A DNA stretch of 32,000 nucleotides, taken from the NCBI RefSeq assembly GCF_008065095.1, contig NZ_CP042911.1, forward strand, positions 7,380,001-7,412,000. Reading direction: 5' to 3'. This document shows, piece after piece, positions 1 to 7,820 of this stretch. How positions within the stretch are numbered: the stretch's first letter is position 1; each line of letters starts with the position of its first letter. A program made the position numbers and the translations under genes. The notes beneath the pieces were generated by a model. It made no database searches. It saw only the letters and a program-made list of their open reading frames with translations, and was not told the origin of the DNA. Origin of the DNA: Gemmata obscuriglobus. Lineage in GTDB: Bacteria; Planctomycetota; Planctomycetia; Gemmatales; Gemmataceae.

Positions 1-144
1 GCGGTACGGTGTTCGCGTGCGCGCCCGCTGTCTTTCTCGAAGGCAGGAGAGCAACCCACCGAGGAACCGCCCGGTGCGGCCCCCTCGCGCCGCACCGGCA
101 GGAATGTCTGTGCCACGAAAACAAAACCACCCGGGACTGCGAAT

Positions 145-345
145 CCCGTCGTTTCAAGTTCGGGCCTGAAGTGTGGTCCGCTCACTCCGTGAGCGGTCGC
201 TCGGCACCTCGAATGCGCGTTGCACACAACGACCGAGCGAATGACACCGGGAGCGGATCAGATACGCGGAGCGACCGCTCACGGAGTGAGCGGACCATAC
301 TCCGAACCAGCGCACCGCTCCAAGGTGCGAACTTGAAACGACGGG
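145..345. repeat. Two-tier nested inverted-repeat element just 3' of the oxidoreductase gene
   Basis: The outer arm cccgtcgtttcaagttcg (145-162) has a perfect reverse complement at 328-345. The inner arm tggtccgctcactccgtgagcggtcgctc (174-202) has a perfect reverse complement at 269-297. Each inner arm is itself a small palindrome (ccgctcac-tcc-gtgagcgg). Confidence 0.8.
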
Positions 346-372
346 AATCAGTTCGGCCGCCACCGGTAGCAT

Positions 373-1800
373 CTACGCGCGGCTTGGGACTACCCCGAAG
401 AGGACGCCCAGCCCCTCGGATAAGGTCGGGTGGGTCAGAATCATGTCGCGGAGGGCGGTGTACGGCAGCCCCGCGGCCATCACCACCTGCACGGGAGCGA
501 GCAGCTCCCCGGCCCCCGGGCCGAACGCCGCGAACCCCAGCACGCGATCGTCCGCCCCGATCAGGGCCTTCAGGAACCCCCGCGTTTCGGAAAGGGTTCG
601 GGTCCGCAGCACGGCCTCCATCGGGATCTTGGCGAGCCGGTAGCCGGTGCCGCGTTCCCGCGCCTCCCGCTCGCTGAGCCCCACACGAGCGAGTTCGGGG
701 TCTGTGAACAGGCAGAACGGAACCTGCCGCCCGGTGGTAACGCGGCCCCTCCCGACGAGGTCGTCTCGGACCACCCGGAAGTCGTCGAGCGCGACGTGGG
801 TAAAGTGCGGGCTGCCGGCGCAGTCGCCGACCGCCCACACGCCGGGCGCGGTGGCCCGCAACCGCTCGTCCACCCGAACGTGGCCGCTCGGTTCCACCGC
901 GACGCCGGTCGTTTCGAGCCCGATCCCGTCGGTGTTCGGGGTCCGCCCGCCGGCCACAAGCAGGTGCGTCCCCTCGATCAGGGTCCGACCGCCGGCGCGG
1001 CAGACGCTCAACCGCACGCCGGCGCCGGACCGCCCTTCGACCGCCTCAACGCGCGTACCCGTTACGACCTCGATTCCCTCGTCACGGAACAGCTCGGTGA
1101 CAGCCGCCGTCACGTCCGGGTCCTCGCGGTGGATCAGCGCGTAGTTCCGCTCAACGACCGTCACCGCGCTCCCCAGCCGTCGGAACGCCTGGGCCAGTTC
1201 GAGCCCGACGTACCCGCCACCGAGCACGATGAGATGCTCCGGGGTCGCGTCCAGTTCCAGGGCCTCAATGTGGGTCAGCGGGGCGGCCTCGCGCAACCCG
1301 GGTGTGTCGTCCACCCGCGCCCGCGAGCCGGTGCTGATGACCACGGACGCGCCCCGCAGCGTCCGGGTTCCGCCGCCGTGGAGGGATACCGTAATCGTCC
1401 TCGGCGCGACGAACGTCCCGTTACCCATCACCAGTTCGGCCCCGCTGGTCCGGAACTTGTGCTGGTGCATCTCGACCAGCCCGGCCACCATCGCCCGCTT
1501 GCGCGCCCGGACGGCGGCCATATCGACCGGCGCATCGACGACCGGAAGGCCGAACTCCGCGCCGCGGCGAAAGTACGATGCGATTTTCGCGCTGTGGATG
1601 ACGTTCTTGCTAGGCAGACAGGCAATGTTGGGGCACGAGCCGCCAACGTACTGCCGCTCGATCACCGCCACGCGCTTACCCTCGGGCGCCAGCGCCCAGG
1701 CCAGGTACTTACCCGCCTCCCCGCTGCCCAGCACGACGAGGTCGTATTCTTCCACAAGCGATTCAGTCGCACCGGTATTGCCATGTTCGATCACGTTCAT
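373..1800 (-). CDS. Class-I pyridine nucleotide-disulfide oxidoreductase (FAD-dependent; dihydrolipoamide dehydrogenase / MerA-like core)
   Basis: 475 aa. It has an N-terminal FAD motif (DLVVLGSGEAGK), a redox-active disulfide motif (GGSCPNIACLPSK), a second Rossmann motif (LIVLGGGYVGLE) and a C-terminal dimerisation region (THPTLSEG). AAGAGG lies 6 nt upstream of the ATG. It lacks a heavy-metal-binding N-domain and the C-terminal Cys pair of true MerA. Confidence 0.9.
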   Translation of the reverse strand: MNVIEHGNTGATESLVEEYDLVVLGSGEAGKYLAWALAPEGKRVAVIERQYVGGSCPNIACLPSKNVIHSAKIASYFRRGAEFGLPVVDAPVDMAAVRARKRAMVAGLVEMHQHKFRTSGAELVMGNGTFVAPRTITVSLHGGGTRTLRGASVVISTGSRARVDDTPGLREAAPLTHIEALELDATPEHLIVLGGGYVGLELAQAFRRLGSAVTVVERNYALIHREDPDVTAAVTELFRDEGIEVVTGTRVEAVEGRSGAGVRLSVCRAGGRTLIEGTHLLVAGGRTPNTDGIGLETTGVAVEPSGHVRVDERLRATAPGVWAVGDCAGSPHFTHVALDDFRVVRDDLVGRGRVTTGRQVPFCLFTDPELARVGLSEREARERGTGYRLAKIPMEAVLRTRTLSETRGFLKALIGADDRVLGFAAFGPGAGELLAPVQVVMAAGLPYTALRDMILTHPTLSEGLGVLFGVVPSRA

Positions 1801-1827
1801 GTTTGGCCTCTTTCGGAGTCGGTACTC

Positions 1828-1979
1828 ATACCAAATCCGCTTGAAGAGTAACTACTCGGCAGTGCGTCGGTTGCACCCGCCGGCTGACACCGGCGGTTCG
1901 ACGAGCCGCGGTCGAACCGCCGGTGTCAGCCGGCGGGTGGCGCTCCCAATCACCGATACTCTTCAATCGGATTTGGTAT
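1828..1979. repeat. Two-tier nested inverted-repeat element between the alcohol dehydrogenase and oxidoreductase genes
   Basis: The outer arm ataccaaatccgcttgaagagta (1828-1850) matches the reverse complement of 1957-1979 at 22 of 23 positions. The inner arm cccgccggctgacaccggcggttcgac (1876-1902) has a perfect reverse complement at 1911-1937. The loop is 8 nt. Confidence 0.8.
1876..1937 (-). terminator. Putative hairpin terminator for the alcohol dehydrogenase gene (27-bp perfect stem, no U-tract)
   Basis: It lies about 170 nt downstream of the minus-strand stop at 2105 and upstream of the next minus-strand start at 1800. The stem is a perfect 27 bp and GC-rich. No T-run follows, so the terminator role is inferred from position only. 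Confidence 0.45.
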
Positions 1980-2104
1980 CACACCCGGCGCCGGACGACC
2001 GTCCCCGGCGGTCCGGCGGGGGGTTACGAAGACGATGTCCTTGCGATCGTGGCGCGGGGCACCGATCGAGGCGAACACCAGCGGCGCCTCCGAGATGTGC
2101 CGGC

Positions 2105-3115
2105 TCAGAAGTCGGCGTCGAGGACGATGCGGTACCGGGCCTTGCCCTCGTGCAACCGCTCGAACGCCGTGTTGATCTGGCTCATGGGGAAGTGCTCGGT
2201 GGTCGGTAGAACTTGGTGCCGGGCCGCGAACGCCAGCATGTCCTCGATCGCCACCGGGGAGCCGGTCGGCGAGGCGGAGACGCACCCCTGCTTCATGATG
2301 AGCGGGAACACGGTCACCGGGATCGGCTCCAGCACCGCCCCCACCACGTGCATCCGCCCGTTCGGGGCCAGGGTGCCGAGCATCGCGTCCCAGTCGAGCG
2401 CCACGTTGGTGGTGACGACCAACAGGTCCAGCGACCCGGCCAACTGGCGCACGGCGCCCGGGTCCCGGGTGGCGACCACCCGGTGCGCCCCGAACCCGCG
2501 GGCCTCGTCGAACTTGCGCTCGCTGGAGGTGAACGCGGTCACCTCGCACCCGTACGCGGCGGCGAACTTGACCCCCATGTGCCCGAGCCCGCCGATGCCC
2601 ACGATCCCGACCCGGCTCATCGGCCGGGCGTGCATCATGATCGGGTTGAACACGGTGATCCCGCCGCACAGCAGCGGCCCGGCGTCGGCGGCCGGCAGCG
2701 CGTCCGGGATCGGCACCGCCCACGCCCAGTGGGACCGGACCCGGCTGGCGAACCCGCCCCGGTGCCCGGCGATGGTGGGCTGGGCCTGGGCGCACAGGTG
2801 CTGATCGCCCGACTTGCACGGGCGGCAGTGCATGCAGCTCCCGGCGGTCCACCCGATCCCGACCCGCTGCCCGACCTTCAGCCCCTTGGCCCCGGTCCCC
2901 ACCTCCACCACCCGGCCCACCGCCTCGTGCCCGAGCACCGCCGGGTACTGCGCGAACCCCCAGTCGTTGTTCAGCATGGACAGGTCCGAGTGGCACAGCC
3001 CGCAGTGCTCGACCTGAACCTCCACCTCGTCCGACCCGAGTGGACCGAGATCGACCTGTTGCTTTACCATTTTCTGCCCGGCCGCCGGGGCCACCCACGC
3101 ATCGATCAGTGACAT
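2105..3115 (-). CDS. NAD(P)-dependent Zn alcohol dehydrogenase, cinnamyl-alcohol-dehydrogenase / YahK-like
   Basis: Zn-ADH motifs are present: GLCHSDL, GHEAVGRV, the structural-Zn cluster CMHCRPCKSGDQHLC, and the Rossmann motif GIVGIGGLGHMG. Similarity to E. coli YahK runs end to end, judged from memory. I chose the start at 3115 (MSLIDAW...) because GGAG sits 7-8 nt upstream. The ORF-track start at 3157 would add 14 aa. Confidence 0.9.
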   Translation of the reverse strand: MSLIDAWVAPAAGQKMVKQQVDLGPLGSDEVEVQVEHCGLCHSDLSMLNNDWGFAQYPAVLGHEAVGRVVEVGTGAKGLKVGQRVGIGWTAGSCMHCRPCKSGDQHLCAQAQPTIAGHRGGFASRVRSHWAWAVPIPDALPAADAGPLLCGGITVFNPIMMHARPMSRVGIVGIGGLGHMGVKFAAAYGCEVTAFTSSERKFDEARGFGAHRVVATRDPGAVRQLAGSLDLLVVTTNVALDWDAMLGTLAPNGRMHVVGAVLEPIPVTVFPLIMKQGCVSASPTGSPVAIEDMLAFAARHQVLPTTEHFPMSQINTAFERLHEGKARYRIVLDADF

Positions 3116-3139
3116 CACAATCGCTCCTGCCCAGGAAAT

Positions 3140-3166
3140 GGAACTCACCGCAATCACGCCCGCGTT
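3140..3166 (+). promoter_or_regulatory. Candidate ECF-type promoter (GGAACT-N17-CGTT) upstream of the sigma-kinase operon
   Basis: GGAACT is at 3140-3145 and CGTT at 3163-3166. This fits the generic ECF GGAAC-N16-18-CGT pattern. It lies about 230 nt upstream of the sigma ATG in the divergent intergenic region. This is a motif match only. Confidence 0.25.
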
Positions 3167-3395
3167 CCCCGCAAACGGAACCGGACGAAAGCCACGCTGT
3201 AAGAGGCTCGTGGTTGCGGTCCGCGGCCGGGTCGTTCACGGCCATCACTCCCGAAAAGCGGCGGGGGTGGACACGCGCGGTGCCACAGCGAGAGGTGTCC
3301 ACGCCCCACGCTGAGTGAAGGGTGAGGCATTTAAGACGCTCGGGTGTGACGGTCGGGATTTGTTTGCGTGAGGGGCGCGGGTACAATGGCGGCCT

Positions 3396-4028
3396 ATGAA
3401 CGGGCAGACGACCGCTGCCATCCAGGGCTACCTGGATGAACTCGACGGGGTGGCCGGGGCGACCGACGCGGGTCCGGTCGTCTCGGCGCTGCTCGACCGC
3501 GCCGTCGGCCGGCTGCACCGCCTGTGCGCGGGGCTGCTGTACCGCCGGTACCCGCGGCTCGCCCGCCCCCCGCTCGGGCTGGAGACCGAGGACCTGCTCG
3601 GGGCGGTCGTCGAGCGGCTGTTAAAGGCCCTGCGGGAGGCCCGGCCCCGCACCGTTCGGGAGTTCTTCGGCCTGGCGAACCAGCACATCCGGTGGGAGCT
3701 GAACGACCTAGCCCGCCGGCTCGACGAGCGCCCACCGGCGGCCGACGTTTCCGGGGACGCGGTTGCGGCCCTCGACAGCAGCGGGGGCGAACTCGGCCCG
3801 GACGCCCGCCGCATCCTCGCGGCGATCGAGGCGCTGCCCGCGGACGAGCAGGAGACGCTGAGCCTCGTGCGCATCCAGGGGCTGACGCACGCCGAGGTCG
3901 CCGGCCTGCTGGAAATATCGACCAAAACGGTTCAGCGACGGCTCAACCGCGCGCTCGTTCTACTGACCCAGTCGCTCAGTGACCTCCGGCGGCCCCCGCG
4001 CGACAACGCCGGCCCCGATCCGCCCTGA
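3396..4028 (+). CDS. ECF-family RNA polymerase sigma factor (planctomycete type, kinase-associated)
   Basis: 210 aa. A sigma-2-like region (DLLGAVVERLLKAL...FFGLANQHIRWELNDLARR) is followed by a long acidic and Gly-rich linker. The sigma-4 HTH is LPADEQETLSLVRIQGLTHAEVAGLLEISTKTVQRRLNRAL. The kinase gene follows after 30 nt. Confidence 0.9.
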   Translation: MNGQTTAAIQGYLDELDGVAGATDAGPVVSALLDRAVGRLHRLCAGLLYRRYPRLARPPLGLETEDLLGAVVERLLKALREARPRTVREFFGLANQHIRWELNDLARRLDERPPAADVSGDAVAALDSSGGELGPDARRILAAIEALPADEQETLSLVRIQGLTHAEVAGLLEISTKTVQRRLNRALVLLTQSLSDLRRPPRDNAGPDPP

Positions 4029-4058
4029 CCGCCGGCCGCGCGGCGAGGACCAAACTCC

Positions 4059-7000
4059 ATGTCCGACCACCCCCTCGTCTCCCGGCTGCTCGAAGAGGTG
4101 CTGGAGTCCGGCCGCTCCGTCGAAGAGGTGTGCGCGGACCACCCGGAGTTTGCGGAAGCGGTCCGGACCCGGCTGGGGCAGCTCGAACGCGTCCGGGAGG
4201 ACCTCGACGCGCTCTTTCCAGACGACAGCCCGTCCGACACCGACCCGACGCCCCCGCCCGCCCGCGGCGGGCTGCCCCAGATCCCTGGGCATGAGGTGCT
4301 GGCGGTCCTGGGCCGGGGCGGCATGGGGGTGGTGTACCGCGCCCGCCACCGCCGGCTGAACCGTCTGGTCGCGGTCAAGATGCTGCTCGGCGGGACCCAC
4401 GTCGGACCGCGCGAAGCGGCCCGGTTCCGGCGAGAGGCGGAGGTGCTGGCCGAACTCGGGCACCCGAACGTCGTCCCGATCCACGAGGCCGGCGAACACG
4501 GCGGGCAGCCCTACTTCACGATGGAGCTGGTGGAGGGCGGCACGCTCGCCGAGCGGCTGGCCGGCGCCCCACAGCCGGCCGACCGGGCCGCCGCCCTCGT
4601 GGCCACTCTTGCCGGCGCGGTGCAGGCGGCCCACGCAAAGGGGATCGTTCACCGCGACCTCAAACCGGCCAACATCCTCTTGACGCCCGACGGCACCCCG
4701 AAGGTCAGCGACTTCGGCCTCGCCCGGCGGCTCGCCCCGGGCGCCGCCCTCACCCGCACCGGCGCGCGGATGGGCACGCCCAGCTACATGGCCCCCGAGC
4801 AGGCCGCCGGGACGGCGGGCTCGGCCGACCCGACGGTCGACGTCTACGCCCTCGGCGCGGTGCTGTACGAGCTCCTCACCGGCCGCCCGCCGTTCCGCGC
4901 GGACACCGCGGCCGAAACCGAGCGGCAGGTGATCGCCGAGGACCCGGCCCCGCCGTCCCGGCTCAACGCCGGCGTGCCGCGGGACCTGGAGACCATCTGC
5001 TTAAAGTGCCTCCACAAAGACCCCCGACGCCGGTACCCGTCCGCGGCCGACCTGGCGGCCGACCTCACCCGGTTCTTGAAGGGCGAACCCGTCCTCGCCC
5101 GGCCCGCGGGCGCGGGGGAGCGGCTCGCGAAGTGGGTGCGGCGGCACCCCGGCCGTGCGGCCGGCGGGAGCGTTGCGGTCCTGCTCGCCGCCGCGCTGCT
5201 CGGCGGCGGCTGGTGGGTGCTCGCGGACCGCGCGGCGACCGCCCGGGCGGCGGCGGACTACCTCACCGAAGCCGAACGGGCGCTGGACGAGTCGGACTGG
5301 CCCCGGGCCGGCGCCGCACTCGACCGGGCGGGGACGCGGCTCGACGGCCGCGGCCCGCCCCACCTTCGCGCCCGGCTCGATCGGGCCGGGCGCGGGTTGG
5401 AGCTGGCCGAACGGCTGGAGGGCCTCCAGGCCAGGCACGCCGATTCTGCGGGAACGGCTGCGTTCGACACGTTCGACCGGGCCGGCGCCGACCGGGCCTA
5501 CGAAACCGCGTTCCGCGAAACGGGCCTCGGGACCGTCGGCGACCCGCCCGCGGAAGTCGCCGCGCGGGTGCGCGAGACCGGTATCCGCCGGGCGGTCGTC
5601 GGCGCCCTCGATCACTGGTCGACCTGTGCCACCGATGCGGACCGGCTCGCCTGGCTCTTGGCCGTCGCACGATTGACGGACGCGGACGAGGGGTCGGGCT
5701 GGCGCGAGCGGGCGCGGGACCCGCGGGCCTGGACGGACGCCGGCGCCGTTACGGAGCTGGCCCGCGCCGCGCCATTCGACCGCCGGGCGGTGCAGATCCA
5801 TCTCGCCCTGGCCGATCGGCTGCGCCAGGTCGGCGGCGACCACATCGGGTTCCTCCGGCGGCTGCAAGCGGCGAACCCGGACAACTTCTGGACCGCGTTC
5901 GAGCTGGGCTTCGAACTGGACGCGCGGCGCGATGCCGACGCGGTCGGTTACTACCGGACAGCCCTGGCCCTCCGCCCCCGGTCGCTCGCGGCGTGGATCA
6001 ACCTCGGGTGCGCGCTCGAATCTCAGGGCCGGCTGATCGCCGCCGCGGAACACTGGCGAACGGTCGTTCGCCTGTTCCCGGGCAACGGCATGGCGCACCT
6101 GAACGCGGCGAACAATGACCACCTGCTGGGCCGGCTCGACGCCGCCGCGGGCCACTGCCAGGAAGCGGTCCGGCTCGCCCCGAATGAGGGCGACGTCCGC
6201 GCCGAACTCGCGTGGGTCCTGTTCGACCAGGGCAAGCTGACCGAAGCCCGCGACGCCGCGCGACGCGCCCTCGAATTGCTTCCGGCGCCCCTGAAGCGTC
6301 GCGGGGCGCGCGTACAACAGGCGGCGCACTACAAGGCCGCATGGGTGGCCGAGCGGTGCGACCAGCTCCTGGCGCTCGAGGCGCGGCTGCCGGCAATCGC
6401 CCGCGGGACCGACCGCCCGTTAGGGGCGGAAGAGGCCCTGCGTGCCGCCGAGCTGTGCGCCCGGAGGCGGTTGCCTGCGGCCGCGGCCCGGCTCTACGTC
6501 GCGGCCTTTACGGCCGACCCGGCGCGGGCTGACGAGGGCAGCAGCCGACTCCGGGCCGACGCCATACGGGCCGCACTCCGGGCGGGGCTCGGGGAGGGTG
6601 ACGACGCCCCGAGCGACCCCCGAGAGCGGGCCGCACTCCGGAAGCAGGCGCTCGTGTGGCTCCGCCAGGACCGGAACGCCTGGGCGGCCCAGTACGCACG
6701 CGGAAGCTCCGAGGAACGGCTCACGGCGGTTCGGGTTTTCAACATGCGTCTGGGAGACAAGGCGCTGGCGGCCACCCGGGAGCCGGCGTCCGGTGGCCTG
6801 GAACCGGACGAGCGCCGGCGATGGGCGGCGCTGTGGGCGAGCCTGAACCGCCTGGCCGCGGGCGACTTCCCGACGGTCAAGTCGGCACAGGCGGCGGCGG
6901 GCGCACGACAGTGGCATGTCGCGGCCGAAGAGTACGGGATCGTGGCCGCCGTTTCCCCGGCCGACCTCGGCCAAGCCTGGTTCGAGTACGCCGCCGTGCA

Positions 7001-7514
7001 ACTGCTCGCCGGCGACGCGGCCGGGTACCGCGAGACCTGCGCCTGGCTCCTGGGCAGGCGGCCGGGGACCGCGGACGTCCGGTCCTACCACGTCGCCCGC
7101 GCATGCACCCTGGCGCCCGACGCGGTGCCCGACATCGCGCGGCCCACGCGGGCGAGTGACGCGGAGCTAAAAGGCTCCGGGGCCGCGTTCTGGTCGCTGA
7201 CCGAGCAAGGAGCGTTGCGGTACCGCGCGGGCCGCCCGGCGGAGGCCGTGCCCCTGCTGGAACGCAGCCTCGGGTCGGACACCCGGCCGGGCGCGCAGGT
7301 CGTGACGTGGCTCTGGCTCGCCCTCGCCCATCAGCGGCTCGGCCGCACCGACGAGGCCCAGCGCTGGCTGTGCAAGGCCGTGGCCTGGCTGAACCGCGCC
7401 GGTAACTTCTCGGCCGGCGGCGGAGCAGACGGGTTCGACCTCCACAACTGGTTAGAAGCTCTGATCCTGCAGCAAGAAATCGAGGCCCTCCGACCGGCCG
7501 CCACCCGCCAGTAG
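4059..7514 (+). CDS. Ser/Thr protein kinase with one transmembrane segment and a long TPR-like C-terminal region
   Basis: 1151 aa. Hanks kinase motifs are GRGGMGVVY, VAVK, HRDLKPANILL, DFGLAR and SYMAPE. A predicted TM segment (VAVLLAAALLGGGWWVLA) is followed by about 700 aa of Ala/Leu/Arg-rich TPR-like helical repeats (for example YYRTALALRPRS, WINLGCALESQGR). GAGGA lies upstream of the ATG. Confidence 0.93.
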   Translation: MSDHPLVSRLLEEVLESGRSVEEVCADHPEFAEAVRTRLGQLERVREDLDALFPDDSPSDTDPTPPPARGGLPQIPGHEVLAVLGRGGMGVVYRARHRRLNRLVAVKMLLGGTHVGPREAARFRREAEVLAELGHPNVVPIHEAGEHGGQPYFTMELVEGGTLAERLAGAPQPADRAAALVATLAGAVQAAHAKGIVHRDLKPANILLTPDGTPKVSDFGLARRLAPGAALTRTGARMGTPSYMAPEQAAGTAGSADPTVDVYALGAVLYELLTGRPPFRADTAAETERQVIAEDPAPPSRLNAGVPRDLETICLKCLHKDPRRRYPSAADLAADLTRFLKGEPVLARPAGAGERLAKWVRRHPGRAAGGSVAVLLAAALLGGGWWVLADRAATARAAADYLTEAERALDESDWPRAGAALDRAGTRLDGRGPPHLRARLDRAGRGLELAERLEGLQARHADSAGTAAFDTFDRAGADRAYETAFRETGLGTVGDPPAEVAARVRETGIRRAVVGALDHWSTCATDADRLAWLLAVARLTDADEGSGWRERARDPRAWTDAGAVTELARAAPFDRRAVQIHLALADRLRQVGGDHIGFLRRLQAANPDNFWTAFELGFELDARRDADAVGYYRTALALRPRSLAAWINLGCALESQGRLIAAAEHWRTVVRLFPGNGMAHLNAANNDHLLGRLDAAAGHCQEAVRLAPNEGDVRAELAWVLFDQGKLTEARDAARRALELLPAPLKRRGARVQQAAHYKAAWVAERCDQLLALEARLPAIARGTDRPLGAEEALRAAELCARRRLPAAAARLYVAAFTADPARADEGSSRLRADAIRAALRAGLGEGDDAPSDPRERAALRKQALVWLRQDRNAWAAQYARGSSEERLTAVRVFNMRLGDKALAATREPASGGLEPDERRRWAALWASLNRLAAGDFPTVKSAQAAAGARQWHVAAEEYGIVAAVSPADLGQAWFEYAAVQLLAGDAAGYRETCAWLLGRRPGTADVRSYHVARACTLAPDAVPDIARPTRASDAELKGSGAAFWSLTEQGALRYRAGRPAEAVPLLERSLGSDTRPGAQVVTWLWLALAHQRLGRTDEAQRWLCKAVAWLNRAGNFSAGGGADGFDLHNWLEALILQQEIEALRPAATRQ

Positions 7515-7550
7515 CGATCGGTCATTGGTGCCTCAACGACGGCGCCATCG

Positions 7551-7598
7551 GGCACGGACTGACTCCACGGGGCGCGCCCCGTGGAGTCAGTCCGTGCC
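7551..7598 (+). terminator. 48-bp perfect palindrome 37 nt after the kinase stop codon (putative terminator hairpin)
   Basis: The sequence ggcacggactgactccacggggcg / cgccccgtggagtcagtccgtgcc has 24-bp perfect arms with no loop spacer. It is followed by an A-rich run rather than a T-rich one, so the function is inferred from position. Confidence 0.5.
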
Positions 7599-7820
7599 GG
7601 CAGCATGCAAAAACACGCACCCCAGGGGCCGCGCCCCTCATCCTCACCGATCACAGCGCACGAACAACCGACAGTTGCAACTGAATCCCCCCTCACATCC
7701 GATGTGCGATTTCGGGAGAGCCGTTCACAGAGGTTAAGCGCCGGCGCAAGATACCGCTTCCTCACCCCAGACGGGGTGAGGAGGAACGACGAGTCGGGAC
7801 TGAGGGGCGACGGAACATCG

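Noticed and set aside
373-1800. I considered calling the disulfide oxidoreductase a mercuric reductase (merA).
   Set aside because: There is no N-terminal GMTCxxC metal-binding domain and no C-terminal vicinal Cys pair. There are no mer genes nearby. Only the generic class-I flavoprotein disulfide reductase assignment is justified.
3359-3387. I considered a possible sigma-70 promoter (TACAAT at 3382-3387) giving a near-leaderless sigma-factor mRNA.
   Set aside because: The -35 region (tttgtt) is poor. The -10 hexamer is only 8 nt from the ATG, so the evidence is too weak to list as a feature.
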